Assembly: GCA_039801905.1 (NCBI GenBank)
Contig: JBDRVQ010000001.1
Location: 29,635 to 93,634 of the forward strand
Length of the DNA: 64,000 nt
Direction of reading: 5' to 3'
Source: a candidate division WOR-3 bacterium
Lineage (GTDB): Bacteria > Hydrothermota > Tepidihabitantia > Tepidihabitantales > JBDRVQ01
Numbering within the stretch: the first letter of the stretch is position 1; each line of letters begins with the position of its first letter. Positions 35,279 to 45,171 of the stretch are shown in pieces. A program made the position numbers and the translations under genes. A model generated the notes under the pieces. It had not been told where the DNA came from and made no database searches. It worked only from the letters and a program-made list of their open reading frames with translations.

Positions 35279-36840
35279 AGGTTATATTCAATAATCTTTT
35301 TCCTTAAAGTCTCGCGATGGATACCTAAAAGTTCGGCGGCCCGGCTAATCTGGCCGTTGGTCTTTGCCAGCGCCTCCTTAATCGCCTTCTTCTCAATAAT
35401 TTGGAGGTTTAAGGTGGCAAAGCTCTTCTCAATCTCTTCTTCCTTCCCTTCCTCCCGCTTTTGGAGAAAACGCATCATACCCAAGGTGGGTATGAGGTGG
35501 TCAATGTCAATCTCTTGGGCATTCTCGGCTAACGCCCTTTCGTAAGCCCTTTCAAGGATGTTGCGCAAGGTTCGGACGTTACCCTCAAATAGTGAGTTTT
35601 CCCCTTTGAGATAGTCATTGATTAAAGTGAAAAGGAAAGAATGACCAGAAGGAGAAAGGGGGATCAGTTTCTTGCCGGGGAGGGCGGTAGCAATCCTCCT
35701 GATGAAGAAGTGAGAAAACCGGTCAAGATCCCTTTCCACAACCGTTGGCGCCTCGTTACCCCACCTCTCTTTAAGGGAAGGGACAAGGAGACAATGTTGA
35801 AAGAGTCGGGAATAGAAGTCGGGTCTTAAAGTTTGGGAGAGTTTTTCCAGTGGTTGATTGGTGGCGGCGATAATCCGGATATCAATCTCCCTCTCCCAAG
35901 AAGCCCCCAAACGTTTTATCCTTTTGTACTCCAATGCCCTTAATAACTTAATCTGAATCTCAGATGATAGTTCACCAATCTCATCTAAGAAGACGGTTGA
36001 GGTATTAGCGGATTCAAATATCCCTTCCCGGGGTAAAACCGCACCGGTGAAGGCACCCCTTTCGTGACCGAAGAGTTCGTCTTCAATCAGGTTATAGTCT
36101 AAAGCGGCGATGTTGACAGTAAGGGGCTCTCTCTTCTCCGCCTTCTCCTTCTCAAATCTTAAAGAGAGGCGGTGGATGATGCGGGCGACCAGTTCCTTCC
36201 CCACTCCGGGTTCGCCTAATAACATCACCGTCGCATCCGAAGGAGCGATCTTCTCAATCTCCCCCACTACATAACTCATCAAACGGGATTCGCCAATCAC
36301 AAAGTTGAACTCCTCTTCCCAATTCTTTTTCTTCTCTTCTCCTACGGGTCTTAAAGCGAAGAAGTCAATCTTGCGGACAACCGAGGGATAAAAATTCTCA
36401 CCCACCGCACTCATCGGGACGAAGGTTGCCCTTCCGTAACCCGGACCCACTAAAAGGTTAGCGAACTTTTTTAGAGAGGCGATACCCACCCGTAAGGAAA
36501 GGAATAGGACCGGGACGATTTTATCAATCTTCCGGAGGGCACTGAAGATTATAAATCCCTGTAAAGCCTTAACATCATAAGGGGCAACAAATTCCATCCC
36601 CCACTCCTCAGGGGTGAGGAGTTCTTCATCTTGAAGGTGGGTGAAATCAATATCCTGAACGACTAAAGAAACAAACTTCCCCCTATTCTTCCTATACCAG
36701 TCAATCAGTTCTTTGCCGTGGCGGAAATGGAGAAATTCAAATTCGGAAAGGAGACGACCCTCTTGGTAATCCCGAATCTGTTCCATTAAAGTGAGATAAC
36801 TCTCTCTCAAATCATCACAAATTAAGATGTAAGGTTTCAT
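35275..36840 (-). CDS. sigma54-dependent transcriptional activator (enhancer-binding protein) with an N-terminal receiver-like domain
   Basis: AAA+ Walker A GEPGVGKE, a GAFTGA motif (ERGAFTGAV), and a C-terminal Fis-type HTH (ISRAAELLGIHRETLRKKI). The N-terminus has ILICDD...VVQDIDF. Confidence 0.85.
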   Translation of the reverse strand: MKPYILICDDLRESYLTLMEQIRDYQEGRLLSEFEFLHFRHGKELIDWYRKNRGKFVSLVVQDIDFTHLQDEELLTPEEWGMEFVAPYDVKALQGFIIFSALRKIDKIVPVLFLSLRVGIASLKKFANLLVGPGYGRATFVPMSAVGENFYPSVVRKIDFFALRPVGEEKKKNWEEEFNFVIGESRLMSYVVGEIEKIAPSDATVMLLGEPGVGKELVARIIHRLSLRFEKEKAEKREPLTVNIAALDYNLIEDELFGHERGAFTGAVLPREGIFESANTSTVFLDEIGELSSEIQIKLLRALEYKRIKRLGASWEREIDIRIIAATNQPLEKLSQTLRPDFYSRLFQHCLLVPSLKERWGNEAPTVVERDLDRFSHFFIRRIATALPGKKLIPLSPSGHSFLFTLINDYLKGENSLFEGNVRTLRNILERAYERALAENAQEIDIDHLIPTLGMMRFLQKREEGKEEEIEKSFATLNLQIIEKKAIKEALAKTNGQISRAAELLGIHRETLRKKIIEYNL

Positions 36841-38639
36841 CGAGCAATTATCCCCTTAATGATTCCTACTAAATCCAAAAAGGTTACCCACAACTTCTCA
36901 TATTCTTCCTTTCCTCCTCCATAAGCGAAATAGTTGGGGTAGCGAAAGGCAAGCATCTGCAAATCTTCTGCCAGATGACCTTCTTTTAGATTGGGTTCGC
37001 TTTGGGCATCGGAATAAAAAGAAAATTTTACCTTTCTTGCCCAATCGGTTGGGTGGAGGTAAGAGATTTTAATTTGGGAAAAGGATTGGGCGTAACGGAA
37101 ATGGTCGGAGAAGATATGGCTGAAGACACCCTCAATTGTCTTGTCGAGGAATAGGAGGACATCCGCTGCCAACGGGTCAATGGCGACGCAATCCCAGGAT
37201 TGACCAATCTCTAAAATCCTCCCTTCCACAAATTTGGTGAGCAGATGGAGGTGGGGAGAGGAGAGAAATTTGGCTAAAAAACTCTTATACTCTTTCTCAT
37301 CCCAGATCTGGGGAAGGGAATTTCCGGGGGGTAGGCGGTAGCGCTTAAATATCTCATCCAATTTCCGGAGGGCAGCGGGAAAATTACCCTTTACCACAAA
37401 GTTGTGGTCTAAGGTCACGACCTCAGAGGCGAGGGTCACAATCTCCGAAACATCCCTCTTCCCTAGTTTCCTCTTTTGGCCACTCTTTTTTAAGAGAAGA
37501 AGAGCGAAGATGATAGGTAGGGAAATTAAGAGGAGGAGGGAGAACGCCCTTAACACTCTTTGCCAATAGTAGGCGGTCACGAAAGTTCTTCGTAATTGCC
37601 CAATGGTCTTCTCTTCACTCCAAAGTTGGTCGTTTAAGAGATTGGCGACCAAAAATACCCTCTCCCCTTCTTCCCAATCTCTCTTCTTGGTTAAAAGAGA
37701 AAAGAGCGAGAGCATCTTTTCCTTCTTCAATAAGAATTCCCGGCGCTCGTTATAAAAAATTTTTAATCCTTCGGGTTGCAGGAGGGCAAAGTCAAGAAGG
37801 CCGTCACCATTGATATCAGAAAGGGAAAGGTCTTTGATCTCCAATTGGCAGCAGGGCACCTTAAAACCTGAGGGATAGATAAGATACAAATCCTTTTCCA
37901 TTTGGCAGAGGAGAAAGGGAGAGAGTACTTTTATCACCACCTTCCCTCTTTGACCAATAATCGGAATGCCGGGGATAGGAGAACTCTTTTTTCTCTGGTA
38001 GCGCACCAAAAATAAATCAACTCCTCTTCTTTTAAGATAATATATGGTGTCATTTAAATTGAAAACCGCAAGGATTTTTTCTCCTTTCAGGGTCAAATTT
38101 TTTTCCCATCGCCCGCTTGGCAATTCGAACTCGTAGATTCCCGAACTTTCTGCTAGGTAAAACTTTTGTCCTTTCCAAGAGGCGCTGTGGACTTCGGAAA
38201 GGGGAAAAGAGAAGAGTTCTCTCATCCCTCTTTCCGTGAGGTGGTAAAAAGAACTCCCGGTCGGCTGGATAATAGCAAAATGGAAGGGAGAAACCGAGAA
38301 AGAGGAAATAATCTTTTCGTTTAAGATTTTTTCCACCTTCGGCTGGAAGTTATCAAAAGAGAGGTGATAAATCCCATCCTCAGAGACAAGGTAACAACTA
38401 TTAGAATAGACATAGGAATTGATCACCCTCTTCGGGAAATGATGGGTGGAGAGAATCTTGCCGGATAAATCCGTAATAATCATCTCGCCGTTTTTAGTAA
38501 ATAGAACAATCTCTTTCTCCTTGTCTCCTCTGATATTAAGAAATTGGCAGTGGTAGAAATCTTTTCGGGGAAGGGGAAGAAAATACGCCGAAAAGAATTG
38601 GGAAAAGATAAAGAGAATGGAGAAGGAAGGATGAATCAT
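36837..38639 (-). CDS. hypothetical membrane protein: periplasmic beta-propeller/FG-GAP-like region, one TM, unknown cytoplasmic domain
   Basis: Signal-like N-terminus, DINGDGLLDFAL (FG-GAP/VCBS-like), a TM at FSLLLLISLPIIFALLLL, and a C-terminal region of about 210 aa with no motif I recognise. Confidence 0.45.
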   Translation of the reverse strand: MIHPSFSILFIFSQFFSAYFLPLPRKDFYHCQFLNIRGDKEKEIVLFTKNGEMIITDLSGKILSTHHFPKRVINSYVYSNSCYLVSEDGIYHLSFDNFQPKVEKILNEKIISSFSVSPFHFAIIQPTGSSFYHLTERGMRELFSFPLSEVHSASWKGQKFYLAESSGIYEFELPSGRWEKNLTLKGEKILAVFNLNDTIYYLKRRGVDLFLVRYQRKKSSPIPGIPIIGQRGKVVIKVLSPFLLCQMEKDLYLIYPSGFKVPCCQLEIKDLSLSDINGDGLLDFALLQPEGLKIFYNERREFLLKKEKMLSLFSLLTKKRDWEEGERVFLVANLLNDQLWSEEKTIGQLRRTFVTAYYWQRVLRAFSLLLLISLPIIFALLLLKKSGQKRKLGKRDVSEIVTLASEVVTLDHNFVVKGNFPAALRKLDEIFKRYRLPPGNSLPQIWDEKEYKSFLAKFLSSPHLHLLTKFVEGRILEIGQSWDCVAIDPLAADVLLFLDKTIEGVFSHIFSDHFRYAQSFSQIKISYLHPTDWARKVKFSFYSDAQSEPNLKEGHLAEDLQMLAFRYPNYFAYGGGKEEYEKLWVTFLDLVGIIKGIIAR

Positions 38640-38640
38640 T

Positions 38641-39855
38641 CTATTCCCACTGGTAAATTGCCAACCCCTCCCCTACCGTCAAAAACCCGTTGCCCAAAGG
38701 GAGGCAGGCATAAACCACATCCTCCAAATCGGAGGCCTCGCGGGTCCTCAGTTGGGGCGATAAACGGTAGAACCAATCTTCCCGTCTTCCTTTCTCCTTT
38801 TCCAAGATGAGATTCACCATAATCTCCGTCCCTTCGTCGGTTTCAAAGACTCCCAAAAGATAAACGATCACCCGGTGATAAGAAAGGGAGGGGGCAAATC
38901 TTTTTCGCCAAAGAACTTTCTCCCCTTTCATCACCAAAATTCCTCCTTCCCTTCCTGAATAGGTTAAAACCTTTTCCTTTTCTCCGTCATTATCAAAATC
39001 GTAAAGAGAAAAATCGTTAAAGAAAATCCCGTTGCCGCCTAATCCCTTCCTCTCCAATTCCTTTCCGTCTTCCGTCTGGTAGGTAAGAAGCTGGCTTTTC
39101 TTATTGGTAGGATCAAAGAGCAAAAGAAAAAGGGTTTTCCCATCCGTCCTGCAAAAGCCTTGCGCCATAAAATCATTAAACCCAAGTTCTTGATCCCAGT
39201 TATTTCTCCCTCGGGCGTAAATTTTCCTCTCACCCAAAATAAATAAAGTGCCTTCCCCCCTTCCCAAGAACCTTCCCGCGGATAACTTTTCTTGGGAGAT
39301 TATCTTCCCTTCGGGTAAGGAATAAGAAAAAAGGAAACTTTCCTCCCCTTTCCTCTCTAATGTCCAAACCCTCATTTTTCCTTCTTGCTCGGTAACAAAG
39401 AAATCTTTCAGCCAAAAACTATCCGCGAGGCGCAACCGATAGCGACGAGTTAAACTTCCCCTCTCTCCTTTAACAAAAAAGAAGATCTCTTTCCCATTGG
39501 TGAGGGTTAGAAAATCCTTTTCCAAAAAAGAGAAAATCTTGGGACGTGAAGAAGAGAAGGGTAATTTCTTTAAGAGGGAGAGGGTAGGGGAAAGGATATA
39601 GACATTGGGTAGATTGGCTGAGTAAAAAACAATCTCTTCCTCCCTCCCGCCCCAAAAATCTCCGCGCTGAAGGAGAGCGGGAGAAGAAGAGAGGGAGAAG
39701 GGGAGGTTTTCTGTAGAAAATAGTCCCTCCGCTATCCAATTACAGACTAACGTCCTATCTCTAACCTTTAATTTAGGTAAATCCTGTATTTCCCTCTTAC
39801 ACCCAAAGGGGAGTGTCAGAAAACTTAAAAATAGGAGAAAAAAGGAGAAAATCAT
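38641..39855 (-). CDS. hypothetical lipoprotein with an FG-GAP-like motif
   Basis: Lipobox LPFGC at the N-terminus. YDFDNDGEKE motif. Confidence 0.45.
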   Translation of the reverse strand: MIFSFFLLFLSFLTLPFGCKREIQDLPKLKVRDRTLVCNWIAEGLFSTENLPFSLSSSPALLQRGDFWGGREEEIVFYSANLPNVYILSPTLSLLKKLPFSSSRPKIFSFLEKDFLTLTNGKEIFFFVKGERGSLTRRYRLRLADSFWLKDFFVTEQEGKMRVWTLERKGEESFLFSYSLPEGKIISQEKLSAGRFLGRGEGTLFILGERKIYARGRNNWDQELGFNDFMAQGFCRTDGKTLFLLLFDPTNKKSQLLTYQTEDGKELERKGLGGNGIFFNDFSLYDFDNDGEKEKVLTYSGREGGILVMKGEKVLWRKRFAPSLSYHRVIVYLLGVFETDEGTEIMVNLILEKEKGRREDWFYRLSPQLRTREASDLEDVVYACLPLGNGFLTVGEGLAIYQWE

Positions 39856-41246
39856 TTCCGAGTTTTAACTCTCCCCTCCCGGGAGAAAACTCCCCGGTAG
39901 GTGTGCCAAAGATGAGGACTGTGAACCCGACCCGCCGGAAAAGCGAAAATCCTCTCATCCCAAGAAGTGGCTAATAAGATCCCATCCCGGGTGAGGGTTA
40001 AAGATGGGGTGATGAAAAACCCTTTCTCACTATAGGCGATCTCCTTCCGAAAGAGAAGTTGCCCATCTTCCCGCAGGGAATAGAGATACCCGTCATCGGA
40101 GAAGAGAAAGACCCGACCGTCTTCGGTCACAACCGGACTGGCGATGATTTCGTCATCGGTAGTAAAAAATGGGATTAAACCACCGTACCTCCCTTTTTTA
40201 TAAAGGACACCATCATCCGCCCCGAAGAGAAAAGTATCTCCCCGAAAAACTCCTTCACATCTTATCGGATCCTCTTCGGGGGTGGCTGCCTTCCAGAGCA
40301 ACTCCCCTTTTTTATTCAAGGCGTAGAGAAAACCATCTTCACAACCTGCCAGAAGATAACCATCTGGACTCAGTTGGCAGCCGGTGAGGAAAGGATCTTC
40401 GTTGGGAGTTTGCCAAGAGAAAAGCATTTTGCCATCCCTCGTGAAGGAGTAGATACCATCCGCGGTCAAAAAGATTTGACCTTTTTCGTCAATCGTCACC
40501 GGAGAAGGTTCACTAGCGACCTTCTTTTTCCATAGTAACTTACCTCCCAAAGAAAGGGAGAATAATTGGCCATCATCGGTAACGAAGAAGATTCTTTCCC
40601 CATCCGTAGCCGCTGGTTGGTAAATCTCGCTACCCGCCGAAAATTGCCAGAGCAGTTTGCCGGTAGTATCAAGGCAATAGAGGGTTGAATCAAGGGCACC
40701 GAAGATAACCTTATCCCTAAAAACTATGGGGGTGGCGTAAACCGAATTTCGGGTAGAAAAAGAGAAACGGAAAGCCCCATCCTTCCGAAAAGAGATTAAG
40801 GCATTATCTTCTAACCCCAAATAGAGATTGTCGTTTTCGTCTAAGGCGGGGGTAGAAATCGTAGCGGAAGGTAAAGGGATTTCAAAAAGGGCAAGCCTCT
40901 CTTTAATCTCAATCGCCAACGATTCAACCGCGGTAAAACCTTTCTTACTGTGCCCTGCAACCTTCAGCCAGTAAACCCCCGGTTTTTTATACTGATGTCC
41001 CACTTCAATCTCCCCTGAAACAAAAGAAGAGCGATAGACCTCTCCGTCGCCAAAGAATACTTCATAAACTAAGGTCTCGGGCTTCTCTGTGGAAATGGTA
41101 AAAAGCACCTCCTCTGTGGTATCACCAAAGAGGGGAACTTTCTTTAAATTCAAGACCGGCTGAGCAAAAACGAAAGGATAAGTGAAAAAGATAATTATTA
41201 GAGGAAAGGAAAAAGGGATGAGGATTTTCTCTTTTCTAACTGCCAT
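39852..41246 (-). CDS. exported PKD-domain plus PQQ-like (BamB-like) beta-propeller repeat protein
   Basis: Signal peptide, a PKD-like FFGDGE...[13 protein letters not shown], and repeated LY.L...G.LLW blades. Confidence 0.6.
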   Translation of the reverse strand: MAVRKEKILIPFSFPLIIIFFTYPFVFAQPVLNLKKVPLFGDTTEEVLFTISTEKPETLVYEVFFGDGEVYRSSFVSGEIEVGHQYKKPGVYWLKVAGHSKKGFTAVESLAIEIKERLALFEIPLPSATISTPALDENDNLYLGLEDNALISFRKDGAFRFSFSTRNSVYATPIVFRDKVIFGALDSTLYCLDTTGKLLWQFSAGSEIYQPAATDGERIFFVTDDGQLFSLSLGGKLLWKKKVASEPSPVTIDEKGQIFLTADGIYSFTRDGKMLFSWQTPNEDPFLTGCQLSPDGYLLAGCEDGFLYALNKKGELLWKAATPEEDPIRCEGVFRGDTFLFGADDGVLYKKGRYGGLIPFFTTDDEIIASPVVTEDGRVFLFSDDGYLYSLREDGQLLFRKEIAYSEKGFFITPSLTLTRDGILLATSWDERIFAFPAGRVHSPHLWHTYRGVFSREGRVKTRK

Positions 41247-41727
41247 CTTCCCTCCTTTTTTTCTTAATCTCTATCTTTTCTACCTTGATCTTTGCCTCTC
41301 TTAAAAATTTATTCGCCAGTTGGTCATAATAAGGTTCTAAGAAGCAGATCCTTTTAATCCGGGCGTTAATTAGCATCTTGACACAGGTGATACAAGGTTG
41401 ATGGGTAGAATAAAGAGTGGCGCCGGAGACATCAATTCCAAAAGCAGCGGCTTGTAATAAAGCATTCTGCTCCCCGTGGAGACCCCGGCAGAGTTCAATC
41501 CGCTCGCCCGGTTTTAAACCCAGCCTCTCCCGCAAACAACCTGTCTCCGCACAATGCTTTAAGCCGGTGGGTGCTCCGTTATAACCGGTGGCTAATATCC
41601 TTTTATCCTTCACCAAAATCGCCCCCACCTTTCGCCGGAGACAGGTGGAACGTTCGGAGACCATCTGGGCAATTTGGATAAAGTATTCATCCCAAGAGAG
41701 GCGGCTATCTTTCTCCTTTCTTCTCAT
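41236..41727 (-). CDS. deoxycytidylate (dCMP) deaminase
   Basis: Zinc motifs HGEQNAL and [10 protein letters not shown]. The ComEB/dCMP deaminase N-terminus has WDEYF. Confidence 0.85.
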   Translation of the reverse strand: MRRKEKDSRLSWDEYFIQIAQMVSERSTCLRRKVGAILVKDKRILATGYNGAPTGLKHCAETGCLRERLGLKPGERIELCRGLHGEQNALLQAAAFGIDVSGATLYSTHQPCITCVKMLINARIKRICFLEPYYDQLANKFLREAKIKVEKIEIKKKRREDGS

Positions 41728-42584
41728 TTTAGGAGATAGTGGGCGATATTCGCCTTTTTATCTAAAACCGGTCTGATCTTCCCATTAGGAGAAGTGGCAA
41801 TCGTTGTTACCCCCGGCCCGTGGCCCGCGACGACGCAGTTGGCATGGACCACAACCCCAATGGAGACGGCGCCGCGTCTTAAACACCGGCCGTAGGTATT
41901 GTCTGTGTCCAAAAGGCAGACAATATCCCCAAAACGGAGTTCGTTCAGCCGAAGTTTTCTTACGAGATCTTGGTCTTGCGTCGTGATATCATAATCACCA
42001 GTAGAGGTGGTAACCCCGCCCAAACCGGAGCCCATCACCTCCGGGGGAAGGATATGGGTTACCGGAAAATGAAGAAACCCGTTTTTAATTTTCAGGTCAA
42101 ATTTTTCCAATAAATTGGGGTCAAGATTATAAAATTTAACGGAAGGTAAGCCCAAAATCTCCAAACCCTGCCCCACTGCCTTAATCTGAATTTTATCCCC
42201 AATCACCAATTTCTCTAAGGTCTCTTCGGGAAAATAGACTAAAATATGCTCAATCCCTCCGTGTTTACCGGTGACAAAACCTTCATCCCCCTTCGCCTCC
42301 CCAGAAACCACCTTCGCGGAATTACCGATACAGGCATAAGTGTTGAGCGCCCGATTTTCGTCTTCATCCTTCACCCGGATGGAAACACCCGGTTCTAAGT
42401 GGTCGCCCACCCAACCGAAGACGGGATCACCAATTTTTATATTATAGACAATTCCCCCGGTTCCGGGAAAGACCTTCGGTTCTCCTTTATAATCAATGGT
42501 GTAAGGTTGGCGTCTTCGGGGAGGGGCAACCTCTCCCAGGACAGAGATCCAGGGTAAAAATTCTTTATTGGTCTTTATCTTCAT
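41724..42584 (-). CDS. conserved hypothetical protein (I recall this as DUF4438-like; unverified)
   Basis: About 286 aa, soluble, Gly-rich beta-type sequence. The ORF is open to 42596; the start at MKIKTN (42584) is my inference. Overlaps both neighbouring genes. Confidence 0.4.
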   Translation of the reverse strand: MKIKTNKEFLPWISVLGEVAPPRRRQPYTIDYKGEPKVFPGTGGIVYNIKIGDPVFGWVGDHLEPGVSIRVKDEDENRALNTYACIGNSAKVVSGEAKGDEGFVTGKHGGIEHILVYFPEETLEKLVIGDKIQIKAVGQGLEILGLPSVKFYNLDPNLLEKFDLKIKNGFLHFPVTHILPPEVMGSGLGGVTTSTGDYDITTQDQDLVRKLRLNELRFGDIVCLLDTDNTYGRCLRRGAVSIGVVVHANCVVAGHGPGVTTIATSPNGKIRPVLDKKANIAHYLLK

Positions 42585-43110
42585 AGTTCCCTCCAAAGAA
42601 ATAACCTTCCTTTAACGCCTTAATATTAACTTCTAAGGTCTTACCCTTCATCTTCTCTTTAAGAACCGAGCAGAGATTGTCTAAAGAGACAATCTCTGTG
42701 CGGCGGGCAAAATATCCCAAAATGACCATATTTGCCACCTGAGGCGATTGGCATACCTCTTGGGCAATCTTTTGGGCAGGGATGGGAAAATGATTCCTTT
42801 CCCATTTCCAATTGCAGATGGTAGCATCCAAAAAGACTTTTGTCTCTTCGCTAATCAAAGGAATGATTTTCTCATAACCTTCCGAGGCAAGGGAAATTAA
42901 ATATTCAGGTTTTAAAACAAAAGGGGAGGAAATTTCCTTTTCGGAAATCATCACATCACAACTCACATCTCCTCCCCGAGCCTGAGAAGAGTAGCCGGCA
43001 ATGGCACTGGCGAATTTCCCTTTAAGAATGGCGGCGTGAGCTAAAATCTCCCCCGCCAGAACAATTCCTTGTCCTCCTTTTCCGACGATTTTAATCTCAA
43101 TCATATTCAC
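42565..43110 (-). CDS. 2-oxoacid:ferredoxin oxidoreductase, gamma subunit
   Basis: GKGGQGIVLAGEILA motif. Its size and its position after the beta subunit fit. Confidence 0.8.
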   Translation of the reverse strand: MNMIEIKIVGKGGQGIVLAGEILAHAAILKGKFASAIAGYSSQARGGDVSCDVMISEKEISSPFVLKPEYLISLASEGYEKIIPLISEETKVFLDATICNWKWERNHFPIPAQKIAQEVCQSPQVANMVILGYFARRTEIVSLDNLCSVLKEKMKGKTLEVNIKALKEGYFFGGNYEDKDQ

Positions 43111-43864
43111 CGATGATAATTTTCCCTTTTAAATCCCCTTTTCCCATCACCTTTGCTTTCTCATAAGAAATTACCACCTTCTTTATCTCTTGGAAGTAGT
43201 CGTAAATGGAAAAAAGTCTATTTCGCCTCCCAAATTGGGTGACACAGGGAGAGATAACATCAATGAAGGAAAATCCCTTACTCGTCAAAGCCTTGACGAT
43301 AGCCTTGATCAAAGGTTTCGTATGGAAGACCGTCCAGCGGCTCACATAATCCGCCTCACAACTCTTAACCAATCGGCACAGATCAAAGGGGCGTTCTTCG
43401 TTGCCAAAAGGGGTTGTCTCCGTGAGACAACCTTCCGGGGTGGTTGGGGAAACTTGCCCCCCGGTCATCCCGTAGATAGAATTATTAGCACAGATCACCA
43501 CCAGCGGCAGATTCCTCCTTGCGGCGTGGATTAAATGATTCCCCCCAATCGCCGCCAAATCCCCATCCCCAGAGATGACAACGACTTTTAAGTCGGGTCG
43601 GGTGAGGCAAACTCCGGTGGCGTAGGCTATTGCCCGACCGTGTAGGGTATGTAAGGTATCAGCCTTAAAGTGGGGAGAAGGGATCCAGGCACCGCAACCG
43701 ATCCCGGAGACAAAAACCATTTTGGTGAAATCTAAGTGACCGGAGGTGGACAACTCGTCAATCGCCCGCAAGATGGCTTGCAGCAAAATCCCATGGCCAC
43801 AACCCGGACAAAAAGGTGTTGGAAAGACCTCCTCTCTCAAATATTTATAAAGATGGCGGCTCAT
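43097..43864 (-). CDS. 2-oxoacid:ferredoxin oxidoreductase, beta (TPP-binding) subunit
   Basis: FCPGCGHG and the TPP motif SGDGDLAAIGGNH. Confidence 0.85.
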   Translation of the reverse strand: MSRHLYKYLREEVFPTPFCPGCGHGILLQAILRAIDELSTSGHLDFTKMVFVSGIGCGAWIPSPHFKADTLHTLHGRAIAYATGVCLTRPDLKVVVISGDGDLAAIGGNHLIHAARRNLPLVVICANNSIYGMTGGQVSPTTPEGCLTETTPFGNEERPFDLCRLVKSCEADYVSRWTVFHTKPLIKAIVKALTSKGFSFIDVISPCVTQFGRRNRLFSIYDYFQEIKKVVISYEKAKVMGKGDLKGKIIIGEYD

Positions 43865-44991
43865 AAAATCTCCTCAATCTTTTTCATCACCTCCCAGGGG
43901 TAAATCGCCTCTCCTTTCGTCTTAAAAAGCCCAAGGATCTCCTTTCCGGGAAGGATCCGTTGCACCTCGTTAATCAATTGGCCACAATTCATCTCGCAGA
44001 CCAGAATCTTTCGGGCAGGAATTTTCTTTAACTCCTCCTCCGGAAAGGGCCAGATGGTGATGGGCCGGAAGAGGCCAACTTTAATACCTTCTTTCCGTAA
44101 ACTATCCACCGCGTAATAACTACTCCGCGCGGTGATGCCGAAGGCAATAAGACAAATATCACAATCTTCTGTGAAATAGGTTTCAAAGCGAATAATTTCC
44201 CCTCTATTCTTATCAATCTTTTCGCAAAGACGCCGGTTTAATCTATCCTGCACCTCTGGGTGATAGACCTTTCTCACCCCCCATTCGTTGTGGGTTGAGC
44301 CGGTAACTAAAAGTGCCTCCCCTTCTCCGAAGGCGGGCATCGGCGGAATTAATTCTCCCCCAAAAGGTGGCTTACCTTTTTCTTTATTCCGGTCAAAAAT
44401 TACTACCTCCGGTTTCACCAAAAGGGTCTCCTTCAAATGGCCAATAACCTCATCCCCCAAAAGGATGACCGGAACTCTGTATCTTTCGGAAAGATTAAAG
44501 GCGAGGATGGTCAAATCGTACATCTCCTGAACCGACCAGGGAGAAAGGGCAATGATCCGGTAATCACCATGAGCACCCCATCTTGCTTGCATAATGTCAC
44601 CCTGGCCGGGTCTTGTCGCTTGACCAGTAGCCGGTCCCTGCCTCTGGATATTAACGATGACAATTGGGGTTTCGGTCATTAAGGCATACCCAATCCCTTC
44701 CAACATCAGAGAAAAACCCGGACCAGAAGTGGCGGTCATCGCCTTCACCCCCGACCAGGAGGCCCCGATACAGGCACTGATGGAACCAATCTCATCCTCC
44801 ATCTGGATGAAAAAACCACCTACTTCCTTCAACCTTTTTGCCATATGCTCCATAATCTCTGAAGAAGGGGTGATGGGGTAACCGGCATAAAACCGACAAC
44901 CCGCAGCTAATGCCCCTTCGGCACAGGCAATATTCCCCGCCAGGAAGTAGCGCTGGGGGGAAAGAAGCGCTTTTTCTATTCTTTCTGGCAT
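43861..44991 (-). CDS. 2-oxoacid:ferredoxin oxidoreductase, alpha subunit
   Basis: GNIACAEGALAAGCRFYAGYPITPSSEI. The start MPERIE at 44991 is inferred; the ORF is open to 45051. Confidence 0.85.
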   Translation of the reverse strand: MPERIEKALLSPQRYFLAGNIACAEGALAAGCRFYAGYPITPSSEIMEHMAKRLKEVGGFFIQMEDEIGSISACIGASWSGVKAMTATSGPGFSLMLEGIGYALMTETPIVIVNIQRQGPATGQATRPGQGDIMQARWGAHGDYRIIALSPWSVQEMYDLTILAFNLSERYRVPVILLGDEVIGHLKETLLVKPEVVIFDRNKEKGKPPFGGELIPPMPAFGEGEALLVTGSTHNEWGVRKVYHPEVQDRLNRRLCEKIDKNRGEIIRFETYFTEDCDICLIAFGITARSSYYAVDSLRKEGIKVGLFRPITIWPFPEEELKKIPARKILVCEMNCGQLINEVQRILPGKEILGLFKTKGEAIYPWEVMKKIEEIL

Positions 44992-45170
44992 TTCTCCACC
45001 GTGATCGCCAAATCCGGGCAGAGGTATTCGCAGAGGAGACAACCGATACATTTCTCCTCGTGCGCCACCTTGGGAAGAGAAGCGTCTTTCTCAAAAACTT
45101 TTTTGGGACAGATTTGGTAGCAAAAAAGACAACCTTTACACCATTCTTTACGGATTGCGACCTTAAACAT
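44976..45170 (-). CDS. 2-oxoacid:ferredoxin oxidoreductase, delta subunit (2x[4Fe-4S] ferredoxin)
   Basis: Two Cys clusters, CKGCLFCYQICP and CIGCLLCEYLCP, in a 64-aa protein. Confidence 0.8.
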   Translation of the reverse strand: MFKVAIRKEWCKGCLFCYQICPKKVFEKDASLPKVAHEEKCIGCLLCEYLCPDLAITVEKCQKE

Positions 45171-45171
45171 C

